Source of the DNA: Planctomycetota bacterium
GTDB lineage: Bacteria; Planctomycetota; PLA2; JAEUHO01
Length of the DNA stretch: 64,000 bases
Reading direction: 5' to 3'
Assembly: GCA_965222115.1 (NCBI GenBank)
Contig: CBDCTJ010000003.1
Location: forward strand, 128,001 to 192,000
This document shows positions 1-10,924 of the stretch, one piece after another. The first letter of the stretch is position 1, and each line of letters starts with the position of its first letter. The position numbers and the translations under genes were made by a program. The notes beneath the pieces are model-generated. The model was not told where the DNA came from, did not search any database, and worked only from the letters and a program-made list of their open reading frames with translations.

Positions 1-83
1 AACACGAGGCCAGCCAACAGGTGGCCACTACGTGTAGGCTTCTGATTCTCAGACATGGCGTGGTTCTCACAGCGATTGGACAT
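1..83 (-). CDS. Possible CDS running off the window edge (MSNRCENHAMSENQKPTRSGHLLAGLV...)
   Basis: In-frame ATGs at 83 and 56, open to position 1, just downstream of the co-oriented kinase gene. Confidence 0.3.
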   Translation of the reverse strand, partial: MSNRCENHAMSENQKPTRSGHLLAGLV

Positions 84-107
84 TTCAAGGGATCGGGCGT
101 ACGCGTT

Positions 108-896
108 TCAAATTTCTTGGTGCTCGACGTCAAAGGACATACGTGTACCACCACTTGCTGGCGTCGAGACGACCAATTGCCCCCCGAGCAGCGCAACCGC
201 CCGGTCCACTATGGCGAGTCCAACGCCGGTTCCCGGAAACTCCACATCGGGATGCAGAGAGCGAAACAGGGAGATCGCATCGGACGCCCGTTCCGGGTCG
301 AGCCCAATACCGTTGTCCTCAACGAAGAACGTTTGTCGAGTCCGATCCGGGCCGTTCGTGGAACCGATCGAAATTCGTGGGGATGGCGACGCAGCGACGG
401 CCTTGAGCGCATTGGACGTCAACTGTTCCGCAATCATCGCAAACAGACGCCGCGAGGTACAGACCGGGACCATGGGTGACAACGCTACATCGACGCGCTG
501 TTCGGGATCCAATGATGCGTGGGTCCGCAGCGCCTCATGAAAGACAGCCGTGGGGTCAACAGGCTCGGCGTCAAGGGGAAGGGTACGCATGCGCGAGAGG
601 GAGAGAATCGCCTCGATCATTTCACGAAGTCGCTCGGCGGCGCGGCGTATCCGATGAAGAAAGTCCTGCCCTTCTTCGTCTAGTCGTTCCGCATGATCGC
701 GCAAGAGAATCTTCGAAAACCCGTCAAGACTTCGCAAGGGAGCACGGAGATCGTGAGAAATCGCGTACTCAAGATCCGCAAGCTGGCGCCGGACAGATGC
801 CAGCGGATCTTCACGCGCCACGTGGTCGCCCCGTGCCTGCGTAAGCGTCTCGTTGGGTCTCCCTGGCGACGGGTTTCCGGCGGGGCGATCACTCAT
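108..896 (-). CDS. Histidine kinase (HisKA + HATPase, Cph1/phytochrome-like kinase core) with no sensor domain
   Basis: H-box SHDLRAPLR, N-box LTSNALK, G1 EDNGIG, G2 GTGVGLAIV. Confidence 0.9.
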   Translation of the reverse strand: MSDRPAGNPSPGRPNETLTQARGDHVAREDPLASVRRQLADLEYAISHDLRAPLRSLDGFSKILLRDHAERLDEEGQDFLHRIRRAAERLREMIEAILSLSRMRTLPLDAEPVDPTAVFHEALRTHASLDPEQRVDVALSPMVPVCTSRRLFAMIAEQLTSNALKAVAASPSPRISIGSTNGPDRTRQTFFVEDNGIGLDPERASDAISLFRSLHPDVEFPGTGVGLAIVDRAVALLGGQLVVSTPASGGTRMSFDVEHQEI

Positions 897-917
897 ACGT
901 TGGAACTTGCGCAGGTG

Positions 918-1385
918 CTAATGTGGCGGAAGTTCGACGATCGAAAACCAGTACCGTCCCAAGGTACGCATGGCTTCCACGAAACCGTCAAAGGTCACGG
1001 GCTTCGTCACAAATGAACTCACGCCCAGATCGTAGGTGCGCACAATATCCTCTTCGGCGCGCGATGTAGTCAACGCAACGACCGGAATGCGTCGCAAATC
1101 GGGATCGCTCTTGATTTCTTTCAACGCCTGTCGCCCATCTTTCTTGGGCATGTTTAGATCGAGGAGAATCAAACCCGGTCGAGGCGATGTGGTTGGGTCC
1201 TCGTAGCGACCTCGGCGATGGAGGTACTCCATCAGTTCTTCACCGTCACCGACATGATGCAACTCGTTGACGAGTCGGTTTTCCTTTAGCGCATCTTCGA
1301 TGAGTAACACGTCATCTGGATCGTCTTCGGCGAGGAGAATCACGATCGGCGACTGATCGTCCGGGGCTTTACGCAGATAGCTCAT
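918..1385 (-). CDS. Single-domain response regulator, Rcp1-like
   Basis: ILLAEDD, LILLDLNMPKKDG, LTTS, FVTKP motifs. Start taken at ATG 1385 (MSYLRK), in frame with ORF 918..1643. Confidence 0.9.
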   Translation of the reverse strand: MSYLRKAPDDQSPIVILLAEDDPDDVLLIEDALKENRLVNELHHVGDGEELMEYLHRRGRYEDPTTSPRPGLILLDLNMPKKDGRQALKEIKSDPDLRRIPVVALTTSRAEEDIVRTYDLGVSSFVTKPVTFDGFVEAMRTLGRYWFSIVELPPH

Positions 1386-1566
1386 GCCAAGACGATACCG
1401 ATGGGACCACGCGCGGCGCCCAAATTGCTGAACGAAGACGAGTACGCCCTCCGCTGCGGCGCCAGAAACTAGGGATCCGCGGCGTTCGGGGGTGGGTTTA
1501 GGGGTATCCTGACGTTCAGATTCGGACTCTCGGGGCATCCTCTCTGAGAACGTAGGAAAAGCGAGC

Positions 1567-3318
1567 ATGGAACCAGGCCGGGCCTTCCGAAAGCCGCTGC
1601 GGGTGTTGCTCCTGGAGGACGACGAGGACGATGCCATCCTCACCGTGCGCGAATTGCGTCGCTATGGACTCAATCTTGAGTGGGTTCGCATTGTGCAGAC
1701 CGAAGGCGAGTATCGCGAGTATCTCGACGACACGCTCGACTTGATACTTGCCGACCACGTGTTACCTGGCTTTGACTCCGAGCGTGCGCTCGACCTGCGC
1801 AATCGCATGGCCCCCGCCGTTCCCTTCATCGTTGTGTCCGGCAACATTCCCGAAACGCTGGCCATCCAATTGATGCGCCGCGGCGCAGTGGACTTCCTTA
1901 TGAAAGACCGACTGAGTCGGTTGGGGCCCGCCGTCGAGTCGGCGATTCGTCTCTCCACACTGCAACGAGAATCCGGCGTATTGCAGGATCCACTCACGCA
2001 ATTGCCCCGAACCGCGCCGCTGCTTCAGCTCATCGGTCAAGCCATCGAATCAGCCCGCCCCGTGCATGCCCCGCCGCTCGGACCTGCTCGTTTAGACAGC
2101 GTGCGCTTCGCCGTACTCATGATCGACGTCGACCGCATTCAGAATATCAATGCGAGTATGGGCTTCGAATCCGGGGACCGCGTACTGATCGAGATCGCTC
2201 GGCGACTCGAAGCCGTGCTGGAAGACAGTCACACGTTGGCGCGCGTGGGCGGTGACAAATTTGGCGCGCTGATTGAGGGTTTGGGCAATCGCACGGATGC
2301 ACTGGCCCTCGCCGAACGCATTCATCACCGCCTGGCAACACCGATGAACATCGATGGCGAGGACATGTTCGTCTCCGTCTGCATCGGTATTGCGCTCAGC
2401 AACCCGAGCTACATCAACGCTGAAGAGATCTTGCGCGATGCCGAAACCGCCATGTATCGCGCCAAACGTCGTGGACGCGCACGACACGAAATTTTCGAGA
2501 GTCAAATGCGCGTACGCGCCAAAAACATATTGCGGACCGAAGCCGAACTGCGTCGCGCTCTTGAGCGCCGCGACTTTCACCTCGAATACCAGCCCATTGT
2601 GAGCTTTGGCACTGGACGGATTGCGGGCTTTGAGGCATTGATTCGTTGGAACCATGCCGAGCGGGGCAAGGTCACGCCGTCGGTCATCATTCCGATTGCA
2701 GAAGAATCGGGTCTCATCGTGCCTATTGGCCGCTGGGTATTGGAGGAGGCCACGCGTCAACTGTCGTCGTGGCAGGCGCGTTGGCCGCAGGCCAAGGACG
2801 TGTACATGGCCGTGAACGTGTCGGCGCGACAGTTCAGCAGCGCGGATTTCGTAAGGGACGTGGACGAAGTGCTGAGGCAGTCGGGCGTGGAAGCCAAGTC
2901 GCTAGCACTTGAACTCACGGAAACTGTGTTGATGCAGAGTGACTCCGAAGGCGTGAGTCAGCAGTTCCGCCAGTTGCAGAATATGGGTGTGCGTGTGCTG
3001 CTTGACGACTTTGGTACGGGCTATTCGTCGCTCAGCTACCTGAGCCGCTATCCCGTGGATGGCATCAAGATCGATCGTTCGTTCGTGGGCACGATTGAAG
3101 GACAGCGCTACAACCGCGCCATCATCTTGATGATTCTTGGCCTCGCCAAATCTCTCAATCTGCCCGTGATTGCTGAAGGCATCGAAACCGAGACTCAGAA
3201 ACGGGAACTCGCGCAACTTGGCTGCAGCCTCGGACAGGGCTATCACTTATCGCGCCCGCTGCGTCCCGACCAGATTCATGAAGTATGGGAAACCGATGAG
3301 CAATCGGCTGCGCCGTAG
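1567..3318 (+). CDS. REC-GGDEF-EAL c-di-GMP signalling protein (GGDEF motif reads GGDKF)
   Basis: N-terminal receiver (LLLEDD, LILAD, FLMK); GGDEF-like domain; EAL domain with FEAL, DDFGTGYSS, KID, AEGIE. Confidence 0.92.
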   Translation: MEPGRAFRKPLRVLLLEDDEDDAILTVRELRRYGLNLEWVRIVQTEGEYREYLDDTLDLILADHVLPGFDSERALDLRNRMAPAVPFIVVSGNIPETLAIQLMRRGAVDFLMKDRLSRLGPAVESAIRLSTLQRESGVLQDPLTQLPRTAPLLQLIGQAIESARPVHAPPLGPARLDSVRFAVLMIDVDRIQNINASMGFESGDRVLIEIARRLEAVLEDSHTLARVGGDKFGALIEGLGNRTDALALAERIHHRLATPMNIDGEDMFVSVCIGIALSNPSYINAEEILRDAETAMYRAKRRGRARHEIFESQMRVRAKNILRTEAELRRALERRDFHLEYQPIVSFGTGRIAGFEALIRWNHAERGKVTPSVIIPIAEESGLIVPIGRWVLEEATRQLSSWQARWPQAKDVYMAVNVSARQFSSADFVRDVDEVLRQSGVEAKSLALELTETVLMQSDSEGVSQQFRQLQNMGVRVLLDDFGTGYSSLSYLSRYPVDGIKIDRSFVGTIEGQRYNRAIILMILGLAKSLNLPVIAEGIETETQKRELAQLGCSLGQGYHLSRPLRPDQIHEVWETDEQSAAP

Positions 3319-3427
3319 CCGCCGACTCGCGTGTACATGCATCAACGAAATCATGCGTCAAAACGAAGAGAGGCGCGCCCGGCATGGAACGGACGCGCCC
3401 ATTGCTTTTCGTTCGAATGGCTACTCG

Positions 3428-4192
3428 CTACTTCGGTTTCTTACCTGCCTTGAGGAGCGGCCCGAGCATCTGTGCACAGCCGGGCTGTTTGCCGGGCGCG
3501 CGCCCCCCACCGCTGGGCGGAAATCCACCCTGCGGAAATCCGCCGCCCTGCGGAGCACCGCCACCAGGAGGAAAGCCGCCCTGTGGAAAGCCGCCGCCTT
3601 GACCCTGCGGGGGATATCCGCCTTGCGGGAACCCGCCACCTTGAGGCTGTTGCGGGGCGCGACCTCGAAGGATATCGCCAAGGATGTCGCCGATGCCGCC
3701 ACCCCTCGGGATCTGCCGTTCTTCATGCTCGAGGATTTGCGGAAGCCGTTGTTGGTCGTAACCACCGGTGGGTTGTGAACGACGCTGGCCAAGCACGCCG
3801 AGCACAAGCGGCGCGAGAATCGTCATCAATCGATTGATCGTTGCGGAATCAAGCCGAATGAAACCACCGAGGGCCGATGAGATCGCGTCGAGATTGTCAC
3901 CAAACACGTGGCGAAGAATGCCTGCACCGGGGCCAGCCTCGGGATAGTCGATCACGTCTTCAATGCGATTCAGCACGGCGCCGTCATGATCTTTTTCAAT
4001 TGCGCGGTAGAGCGCGGCAGCGCCCTGAGGATCGCGAACATTGTTGGACAGTGCCTTGAACAATAGCGGCACGGCGGCGTCGACGGCGGCCGACGCTTGT
4101 TGGGGCTGGGAACGAATGCTGCGACTAATACGATCGAGGTGATTGCGTTGCAGTGCGGCTGTAAGTTCGCTCGCCATAGAATTGGACGACAT
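3428..4192 (-). CDS. DUF937-like protein with Gly/Pro/Gln low-complexity tail
   Basis: AVPLLFKALSNN, DHDG, GAGILRHVFG, LAPLVLGVLG resemble DUF937; C-terminal GGGFPQGG(F/Y)PP repeats. Confidence 0.7.
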   Translation of the reverse strand: MSSNSMASELTAALQRNHLDRISRSIRSQPQQASAAVDAAVPLLFKALSNNVRDPQGAAALYRAIEKDHDGAVLNRIEDVIDYPEAGPGAGILRHVFGDNLDAISSALGGFIRLDSATINRLMTILAPLVLGVLGQRRSQPTGGYDQQRLPQILEHEERQIPRGGGIGDILGDILRGRAPQQPQGGGFPQGGYPPQGQGGGFPQGGFPPGGGAPQGGGFPQGGFPPSGGGRAPGKQPGCAQMLGPLLKAGKKPK

Positions 4193-4325
4193 ATCGATTC
4201 TCCTGGTCAGGCTTCACGGACACGCTGCCTTGTAGACACTTGCGTCAACCCAAACCGGGGTCGCGACGTGCATGCCCATGAAGTGTGGGCGACCATACCA
4301 GAAACAGGGCGAAGCAGGGCTTTGA

Positions 4326-4355
4326 GGGGGAACGCGGGGGAACGCGGGGGAACGC
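4326..4355 (+). repeat. Perfect tandem repeat (GGGGGAACGC)x3
   Basis: Read directly; abuts the aqpZ stop codon. Confidence 0.9.
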
Positions 4356-5062
4356 TACGCGTCTACGGGCTTTTCGCGCACCTCTTCAAGAGCCACCTTG
4401 TAGACAATGCCAGCCAAGACGGCCCCGGCGATGGGCGCAACCCAGAACAGCCAGAGTTGCTTGAGTGCCGCCGCGCCCTCGAAGATCGCCGGGCCCGTGC
4501 TGCGCGCTGGATTCACTGAGGTGTTTGTTACAGGAATACTAATCAAGTGGATCAAGGTGAGGCCCAACCCGATGGCGAGCCCCGCCATCCCAGGTGAGGC
4601 GAACCGATCTGTAGCGCCAAGGATGATGAGCAGGAAGAAGAACGTCATCGCGAACTCGGTGACGAGTGCGGCAATCATTGAGTAGTTTCCGTTCTTCGGT
4701 GAACGCCCCTCAAAGCCATTGGACGCAAAGGCGCCGTCCTTAATCTCAAAGCCCGCACGACCGGTGGCGATGACGTAAATCAGCCCGACGCCCGCCAAAG
4801 CGCCAAGAACCTGGGCAATGATGTAGGGCACGGCCTCCTTCGCTGGGTGGCGACCCGCGGCGATGAGCCCCAGGGTGACCGCCGGATTGAGGTGGCAACC
4901 GGAAATGTGGCCCACGGCGTAGGCCATGGTCAAAACGGTGAGCCCAAAGGCGATACTGATGCCGAGGATGCCTACGTGATTTCCGGCGAGCACGGCCGTG
5001 CCGCACCCACCCAGAACCAACCAAAACGTGCCATAAAACTCGGCTGTAAGCTTGCGCCCCAT
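4355..5062 (-). CDS. aqpZ: Aquaporin Z
   Basis: Two NPA motifs ([18 protein letters not shown]), [24 protein letters not shown]. Start ATG 5062 with GGAGG upstream. Confidence 0.96.
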   Translation of the reverse strand: MGRKLTAEFYGTFWLVLGGCGTAVLAGNHVGILGISIAFGLTVLTMAYAVGHISGCHLNPAVTLGLIAAGRHPAKEAVPYIIAQVLGALAGVGLIYVIATGRAGFEIKDGAFASNGFEGRSPKNGNYSMIAALVTEFAMTFFFLLIILGATDRFASPGMAGLAIGLGLTLIHLISIPVTNTSVNPARSTGPAIFEGAAALKQLWLFWVAPIAGAVLAGIVYKVALEEVREKPVDA

Positions 5063-5441
5063 AATGCCTCCCGGTGCGAACTGTATTGGTGCAAAGTGAT
5101 TTGGTGCGCCTCGATCCTGAATGCCGCGCGCGCCGCCTGCGGCTCCTCTCGTACCACAAACGAAGTCCAAACATCAAGGCAGAGCCCAACGTGAGGCGTT
5201 CCGGACGATCCCGCAGATCCAAAAGCTCAGCCAATTGTCTCTTGCGGGCCTCGGCGGGGCGTTATCACGCGGGCCTACGACCTGGCAGCGGCATTTGGGC
5301 TATTGCAGGTAGTTCCTCGTAGATCGAACGAAAGAGAAGACCCGGTGTAGTGGCGGACTGCACGTTCGCGGCCCGTCACGCGTGAAGCGGAAGCTACGTG
5401 AAAACGAGGCGCTGCTCCGCACACCGTTTGAAAGGACTGCT

Positions 5442-5831
5442 ATGAAGACAACTTTGACTATCGCGCTTGCTGCCATGCTTGCCTTCCTCCCCGCTTGCGG
5501 TGGCGACTCGGCTGTCATGAGCCTTGACGACGCCAAGGCCATGCTCACCAAGGGCATGAAGCAGGGCAACGACATCAAGAGCGCGTTCGACGGCATCACG
5601 GACGAAGCCACGGCCAAGTCGGCGCTTCCCAATCTCACCAAGTGGATTCCCGCACTGACGAAGTCGCAGTCGGCGCTCTCAGCGCTTCCGAGTTCACTGA
5701 CCGATAAGATGCCCGACTTCAAAAAGTTTGGTGGCCTCTTCGACGGCATCAAGGCCAAGGCCATGGAACTCTTGAAGAACGCCGCCATCAAAGGTGTGCT
5801 CGGCAAGGTATTGGGCGCATTCGGTAAGTAG
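5442..5831 (+). CDS. Small helical Lys/Ala-rich lipoprotein, unknown function
   Basis: AAGGA RBS, signal MKTTLTIALAAMLAFLPAC with lipobox, coding-like codon usage. Confidence 0.8.
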   Translation: MKTTLTIALAAMLAFLPACGGDSAVMSLDDAKAMLTKGMKQGNDIKSAFDGITDEATAKSALPNLTKWIPALTKSQSALSALPSSLTDKMPDFKKFGGLFDGIKAKAMELLKNAAIKGVLGKVLGAFGK

Positions 5832-5932
5832 TCGCGCATCCGATCGGCGCGTCACGCGTCAATCGATTCAATACGCGTGGGCCTGTTTCCGTTTGGAAGC
5901 GGGCCCATTCTCTTTTTTGATCCGCCGGAAGA

Positions 5933-6682
5933 CTAGGCGTCGCCGCGGAGCAGAGCGCGGCGATAATCGCGATTGAGATCGCCGATGAACGAGACGCTGA
6001 TCTCCTTGGGGCACGCGCCTTCGCAATCGAATGTGTTCGTGCAAGCGCCAAAGGCCTCCGCATCCATGGCTTCCACCATGCCTAGCGCGCGACGATTGCG
6101 CTCAGTTTGCCCCTGAGGAAGATTCGCCAAATGGCCCACCTTGGCGGCCACGAAAAGCATGGCCGAGGCGTTCTTGCACGCGGCCACGCAGGCGCCGCAA
6201 CCGATACACGCGGCGGCATCGAATGCGTATTCCGCTTCGTCTTTCGGTATCGGAATCAGATTGGCGTCGGGTGCACCGCCGGTGTTCACGCTCACGTAGC
6301 CACCGGCCTGCTGAATGCGATCAAACGCCGTGCGATCGACGACCAAATCGCGAATGACGGGGAACGCCTTGGCGCGCCACGGCTCAATCACAACGGTGTC
6401 GCCATCCTTGAATCGCCGCATGTGCAATTGGCACGTGGTGGTGCCCTTGTCGGGGCCATGGGGACGCCCATCGATCATGAGCGAACACGTTCCGCAAATG
6501 CCCTCGCGGCAATCGTGATCGAATGCGATGGGGTCATTCCCCTCAGCGAGCAATTGCTCATTGAGAACATCGAGCATCTCAAGAAACGACATGTGCTCGC
6601 TGACGCCATCGAGCGAATAGGTTTCCAAACGACCGGCATCATCGGTACTCTTTTGCCGCCAAACACGAAGGGTAAGCTTCAC
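5933..6682 (-). CDS. sdhB: Succinate dehydrogenase/fumarate reductase Fe-S subunit
   Basis: [32 protein letters not shown] Fe-S motifs. Confidence 0.96.
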   Translation of the reverse strand: MKLTLRVWRQKSTDDAGRLETYSLDGVSEHMSFLEMLDVLNEQLLAEGNDPIAFDHDCREGICGTCSLMIDGRPHGPDKGTTTCQLHMRRFKDGDTVVIEPWRAKAFPVIRDLVVDRTAFDRIQQAGGYVSVNTGGAPDANLIPIPKDEAEYAFDAAACIGCGACVAACKNASAMLFVAAKVGHLANLPQGQTERNRRALGMVEAMDAEAFGACTNTFDCEGACPKEISVSFIGDLNRDYRRALLRGDA

Positions 6683-6703
6683 AGATAGGCTCCTTAACCC
6701 GCG

Positions 6704-8617
6704 CTACTTGTAGCTCCGCGTGGTGAGTTCTACGCGCTCGAAATCGAGTTCTTCTTTGTGACGGCGGGGCGTCTTGCCCTCGCCTTGGTATTCCCACACG
6801 GCCACGTGGGTGTAGTCCTCGTCGTTGCGCGCGGCCTCACCTTCCGCCGTACAGTATTCCTCGCGGAAATGACCTCCGCACGACTCCTCGCGCTCCAACG
6901 CGTCGCGGACCATGACCTCGGCAAACTCCAAGAAGTCGGCCACACGACCTGCTTTTTCAAGTCCCACGTTTAGGCAAGCACTTCCACCCGCCACGCGCAG
7001 ATCTTCCCAAAACTCCTGACGGAGCGCTGGAATCTCTTCCAGTGCCTTCTTGAGGCCGTCGGCATTACGCGACATGCCGCAGCGATCCCACATGATCTGG
7101 CCAAGCGCACGGTGGAACGAATCCGCGGATCGTTTGCCGGAAATCGAAAGCAATTTACTAATGCGCGCCGTGGCTTCCGCCTCGGCCGATGCAAATTCGG
7201 GCGCATCGCTCGACACCTTGGCCGGGCCTGCTTGCGCCAAGTAGTTGCCAATGGTGTAGGGCAGGACGAAATAGCCGTCGGCCAAGCCTTGCATGAGCGC
7301 ACTGGCGCCCAGTCGATTGGCGCCGTGATCAGAAAAGTTGGCTTCGCCAATCACGTGCAACCCCGGCACATTGCTCATGAGGTTGTAGTCAACCCACAAG
7401 CCCCCCATCGTGTAGTGCACGGCGGGATAAATGCGCATGGGCACCTTGTAGGGATTCTCGTCGGTAATCTTTTCGTACATGTGAAAGAGATTGCCGTAGC
7501 GCGCGCGAATCGCGTCTTCGCCCAAACGACCGATGGCGTGAGCAAAGTCGAGATAGACGCCCAGACCTGTGGGTCCCACACCGCGGCCTTCGTCGCAGGC
7601 GAGCTTTGCGGCACGCGATGCCACGTCGCGCGGTACCAAGTTGCCGAAACTCGGGTAGCGACGCTCCAAGTAGTAGTCGCGATCCGATTCAGGAATGCTG
7701 CTGGGAGGACGCTTGTCGCCAATCTCCTTGGGCACCCACACGCGACCGTCGTTGCGCAGCGATTCGGACATCAACGTGAGTTTGCTCTGGTAGTCGCCGC
7801 TCACGGGAATGCATGTGGGGTGAATCTGCGTGAAGCATGGATTGGCGAAACCGGCCCCGCGGCGATACGCACGGAAACTGGCGGTCACGTTGCTGCCCTT
7901 GGCATTGGTCGAAAGGTAGTAGGCATTGCCGTAACCGCCTGTGGCCAAAACCACGGCATCGGCCGCATGCGACGAAATCGTGCCGCGCACCAGGTCGCGC
8001 GTCACAATGCCCACCGCACGGCCACCGCTCAGCACCAAGTCGAGCATTTCCGTGCGCGGAAACATGCGCACTTTGCCCTTGGCAATCTGACGACTCAGGG
8101 CGCCATAGCAACCGAGCAACAATTGCTGTCCCGTTTGGCCACGGGCATAAAACGTTCGTGAAACCTGCGCGCCGCCGAAGCTGCGGTTATCGAGCAATCC
8201 GCCGTACTCACGAGCGAACGGTACACCCTGCGCGACGCATTGATCGATGATGCTGTTGCTGACTTGCGCCAAGCGATATACGTTGGCTTCGCGCGAGCGG
8301 TAGTCGCCACCCTTGATGGTGTCGTAAAAGAGCCGCCAAATGCTGTCGCCGTCGTTGGGGTAGTTCTTGGCGGCGTTGATGCCACCTTGGGCGGCAATGC
8401 TGTGTGCCCGGCGCGCGCTGTCTTGAAAGCAAAACGCGTCTACGTCGTAGCCGAGTTCCGCGAGCGAGGCCGCGGCGGAACCACCGGCGAGCCCCGTACC
8501 CACGACGATGACGCGAAATCCGCGTTTGTTGGCCGGATTGACGAGTTTCATGGTGGACAAATGGTGCTGCCACTTGTCTTCGAGCCGCCCGGAGGGCGTA
8601 TTGGCGTTGAGCTTCAT
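6704..8617 (-). CDS. sdhA: Succinate dehydrogenase/fumarate reductase flavoprotein
   Basis: [17 protein letters not shown] (covalent FAD His), QIHPT, HYTMGG, HGANRLG. Confidence 0.97.
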   Translation of the reverse strand: MKLNANTPSGRLEDKWQHHLSTMKLVNPANKRGFRVIVVGTGLAGGSAAASLAELGYDVDAFCFQDSARRAHSIAAQGGINAAKNYPNDGDSIWRLFYDTIKGGDYRSREANVYRLAQVSNSIIDQCVAQGVPFAREYGGLLDNRSFGGAQVSRTFYARGQTGQQLLLGCYGALSRQIAKGKVRMFPRTEMLDLVLSGGRAVGIVTRDLVRGTISSHAADAVVLATGGYGNAYYLSTNAKGSNVTASFRAYRRGAGFANPCFTQIHPTCIPVSGDYQSKLTLMSESLRNDGRVWVPKEIGDKRPPSSIPESDRDYYLERRYPSFGNLVPRDVASRAAKLACDEGRGVGPTGLGVYLDFAHAIGRLGEDAIRARYGNLFHMYEKITDENPYKVPMRIYPAVHYTMGGLWVDYNLMSNVPGLHVIGEANFSDHGANRLGASALMQGLADGYFVLPYTIGNYLAQAGPAKVSSDAPEFASAEAEATARISKLLSISGKRSADSFHRALGQIMWDRCGMSRNADGLKKALEEIPALRQEFWEDLRVAGGSACLNVGLEKAGRVADFLEFAEVMVRDALEREESCGGHFREEYCTAEGEAARNDEDYTHVAVWEYQGEGKTPRRHKEELDFERVELTTRSYK

Positions 8618-8618
8618 A

Positions 8619-9332
8619 TTAGTTCACGCCTCCTGGCAGCTTGATGAGTCCGAAGAACACGGCGAGCGGCATGGAGCAGTTGCCCACCACAATCAGTCCC
8701 GCGACGAGCCAACCCAAGAGCGCTGTAAGTGGCCGATAACTGGGTCGATTGATGCCCAATGTCTGGAACAGACTGCTCACGCCGTGCTTTAGGTGAAATC
8801 CAAGCAAGATCATGGCCACCACGTAGGCGATGGTCACCGGCGCCTGCTGGAAGCCAAGCACCACCATGGAAAAGACGTCGTGTCGGCCCAGTTCGTCCAC
8901 AGCTTTGTAGTGTTCTGGGTGCGTCACGCCCAAGGTGAGATGCAGTAGGTGGAATACGAGAAAGGCAAGGATGATGAGCCCACTCATGACCATGGTGCGG
9001 GACGCAAGGGCGCTCAAAATTGGGCGATGTTCGTTGTAAGCAACCGGTCGCGCGGCCGCATTTCGAAGTGAAAGTCGCATCGCGCTGGCGATGTGCACGA
9101 TGAATATGCCAAGCAAGCCAATGCGCGCCACCCATAGCAGCGGACCCATGTCTTTGAGGCCTTGGGCGTAGCTATTGACGGCATCTTGCCCCTTGAAGAT
9201 CAAGAGGTTTCCAGCCATGTGGGCCAGTACGAAAAGCAACAACGCTGCGCCCGTGAGCGCCATGATGTACTTCGTTCCGATGGAACTGCGAAGGCCCCGA
9301 ACGATTCGGGGACTCCCGTCGCTTGCGTGCAT
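8619..9332 (-). CDS. sdhC: Succinate dehydrogenase cytochrome b558 membrane subunit (single anchor)
   Basis: [33 protein letters not shown] heme ligands. Start likely ATG 9332 (GGGAGG RBS); ORF extends to 9386. Confidence 0.92.
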   Translation of the reverse strand: MHASDGSPRIVRGLRSSIGTKYIMALTGAALLLFVLAHMAGNLLIFKGQDAVNSYAQGLKDMGPLLWVARIGLLGIFIVHIASAMRLSLRNAAARPVAYNEHRPILSALASRTMVMSGLIILAFLVFHLLHLTLGVTHPEHYKAVDELGRHDVFSMVVLGFQQAPVTIAYVVAMILLGFHLKHGVSSLFQTLGINRPSYRPLTALLGWLVAGLIVVGNCSMPLAVFFGLIKLPGGVN

Positions 9333-9549
9333 TGCACCCTCCCGCGATTGGGCCTTTTGGCGGACCATGAAGGCCCACCGCACCATGGTATCGGCGGAGG
9401 ACTTCGCACCTTCTTGTTCGTCCAGTGAGATTCACACAAATCGTGATGCGCGTCGGGCCGCGGTTGCGCTCACGGGTCACGCCTTCAAACTGAGCGCGTT
9501 CGCGGCATCACGACCGCGTCGCAATTCCGCATGGAGCCCGACCAACGTC

Positions 9550-10158
9550 ATGGTGGATTGGCCCGACGAGCGCACGGTAGGCGTCTTGCTTTACCCCCAT
9601 TTCGATCTGCTCGCAGTAACGGCGCCGATGCACGCCTTCGGCATGCTCAAGGGCGTATTCGATTGCGTGTTACTCGCCCAATCCACAGAGCCCGTCGCCA
9701 GTACGCAAGACGTCGCATTGACGGCCAGTCGGTCACTCGAAGACGCTGGCGAACTCGACATGCTCGTGATCCCCGGTGGCGCAGGTGCGCGCGAGTTCGT
9801 TCGCAACGAATCCGCCTTGGCGTGGCTCACCGAGGCTGCCGCATCGATGGAATTGATTCTCACAATCTCCACGGGCAGCGTGCTGCTCGCCGCCACCGGC
9901 ATTCTTGACGGCCGCCGCGCTACCACATCCTCGCGGGCACTCGGCTGGGCCCGCGAAACCGCCCCGCGGGTCACCTGGGAACCCAAAGCACGATTCGTTG
10001 ACGACGACTCAGTCATCTCCGCCGCGGGTGTGGGCGCGGGCCTCGACGCCACGTTGCATGTCATTAGTCGTCTCACGGCCGACGACGTGGGAGACAACAT
10101 CGCGCGAAGCATGGAGCACGTGTGGATCAAGGATGCGAGGGAAGATCCGTTTGCTTGA
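9550..10158 (+). CDS. DJ-1/PfpI family protein (nucleophile position is Ser)
   Basis: VGVLLYP, LVIPGGAG, ISTGSVLLAATGILDGRRATT, SAAGVGAGLD. Confidence 0.85.
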   Translation: MVDWPDERTVGVLLYPHFDLLAVTAPMHAFGMLKGVFDCVLLAQSTEPVASTQDVALTASRSLEDAGELDMLVIPGGAGAREFVRNESALAWLTEAAASMELILTISTGSVLLAATGILDGRRATTSSRALGWARETAPRVTWEPKARFVDDDSVISAAGVGAGLDATLHVISRLTADDVGDNIARSMEHVWIKDAREDPFA

Positions 10159-10265
10159 TCTGGGTGCACTTCTTCGATGAAGAGAGCTCGCTCCAAGGGC
10201 ACCAAGTTCACCAAGCGCATCCGGGGTAGGAGACGTTGCGTTTCATTGGAATCGTGAAAGCAAGG

Positions 10266-10332
10266 AGGCCCCAACGGGGGCCTAAGTTGATAGCGAAGGG
10301 TGCACGACGAGCGCAGCGAGGAGAAACCCTGG
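10266..10332. repeat. Degenerate REP-like palindromic element
   Basis: AGGCCCC-AAC-GGGGGCCT hairpin followed by AGGGT...GAGCGCAGCG...ACCCTGG. Confidence 0.5.
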
Positions 10333-10438
10333 ATGCAACCGGGTTCTTGATTTCGCCGATCGGCGCGAAGGAAAGGAGGCGATGAAACGACTGATGCGCG
10401 AAAACCAAACACAGGAACACGCCTAGATGCGTGTCGGA

Positions 10439-10468
10439 GATTGGGCGGGTCGAAGACCCGACCCAATC
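10439..10468. repeat. Strong hairpin, REP-like (GATTGGGCGGGTC-GAA-GACCCGACCCAATC)
   Basis: Inverted repeat read directly. Confidence 0.55.
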
Positions 10469-10856
10469 GAAGATCCTGAGTAAGCACAAGCGAATCTCTG
10501 ATTCGCGCGGTGCGCATCGAAGGGCCGAATCAAGAGGAGCGTGAATTGGGCAATAGCGAGTTTGCGCCCCGTACAACTCGGTGCTGGGAGCAAGAGGGCC
10601 GACTCCAGAGTGGACGTTTGCGTGAACGCGCTATTCGGTGCCCGGAGCGAATAGGCGTCTGCGTACACCGTTACCCGTCACCCTTTACCCGGACTTCTGT
10701 GTGAGCATCCGATTACCCATTCGCGTGGAACGTAGACGGGAACGTCATATGGCGCCATGAGCTTCCTCATCTCCTGCGCAAATATACCGAATACGCAGCA
10801 CGCAAACGCCATCGCCGGCCGCGTTCCACAACAATGTCAAGGGCCATGGAGGGTAG

Positions 10857-10924
10857 CCCAGGGCTAGCGCAAGCGCAGCCCTGGGTCCTCGTCCTCACCC
10901 CAAATCCCCGCCCTGTATGGGCGG
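10857..10924. repeat. REP-like double hairpin element
   Basis: Perfect CCCAGGGCT/AGCCCTGGG inverted repeat (10857-10885) plus CCGCCC-TGTAT-GGGCGG (10908-10924). Confidence 0.6.

Noticed and set aside
10600-10710. RNase P RNA or tmRNA in the structured intergenic region
   Set aside because: Minus-strand GAAGTCCGGG only loosely resembles the RNase P GAGGAAAGUCC motif. No matching 3' consensus or tRNA-like ends were found.
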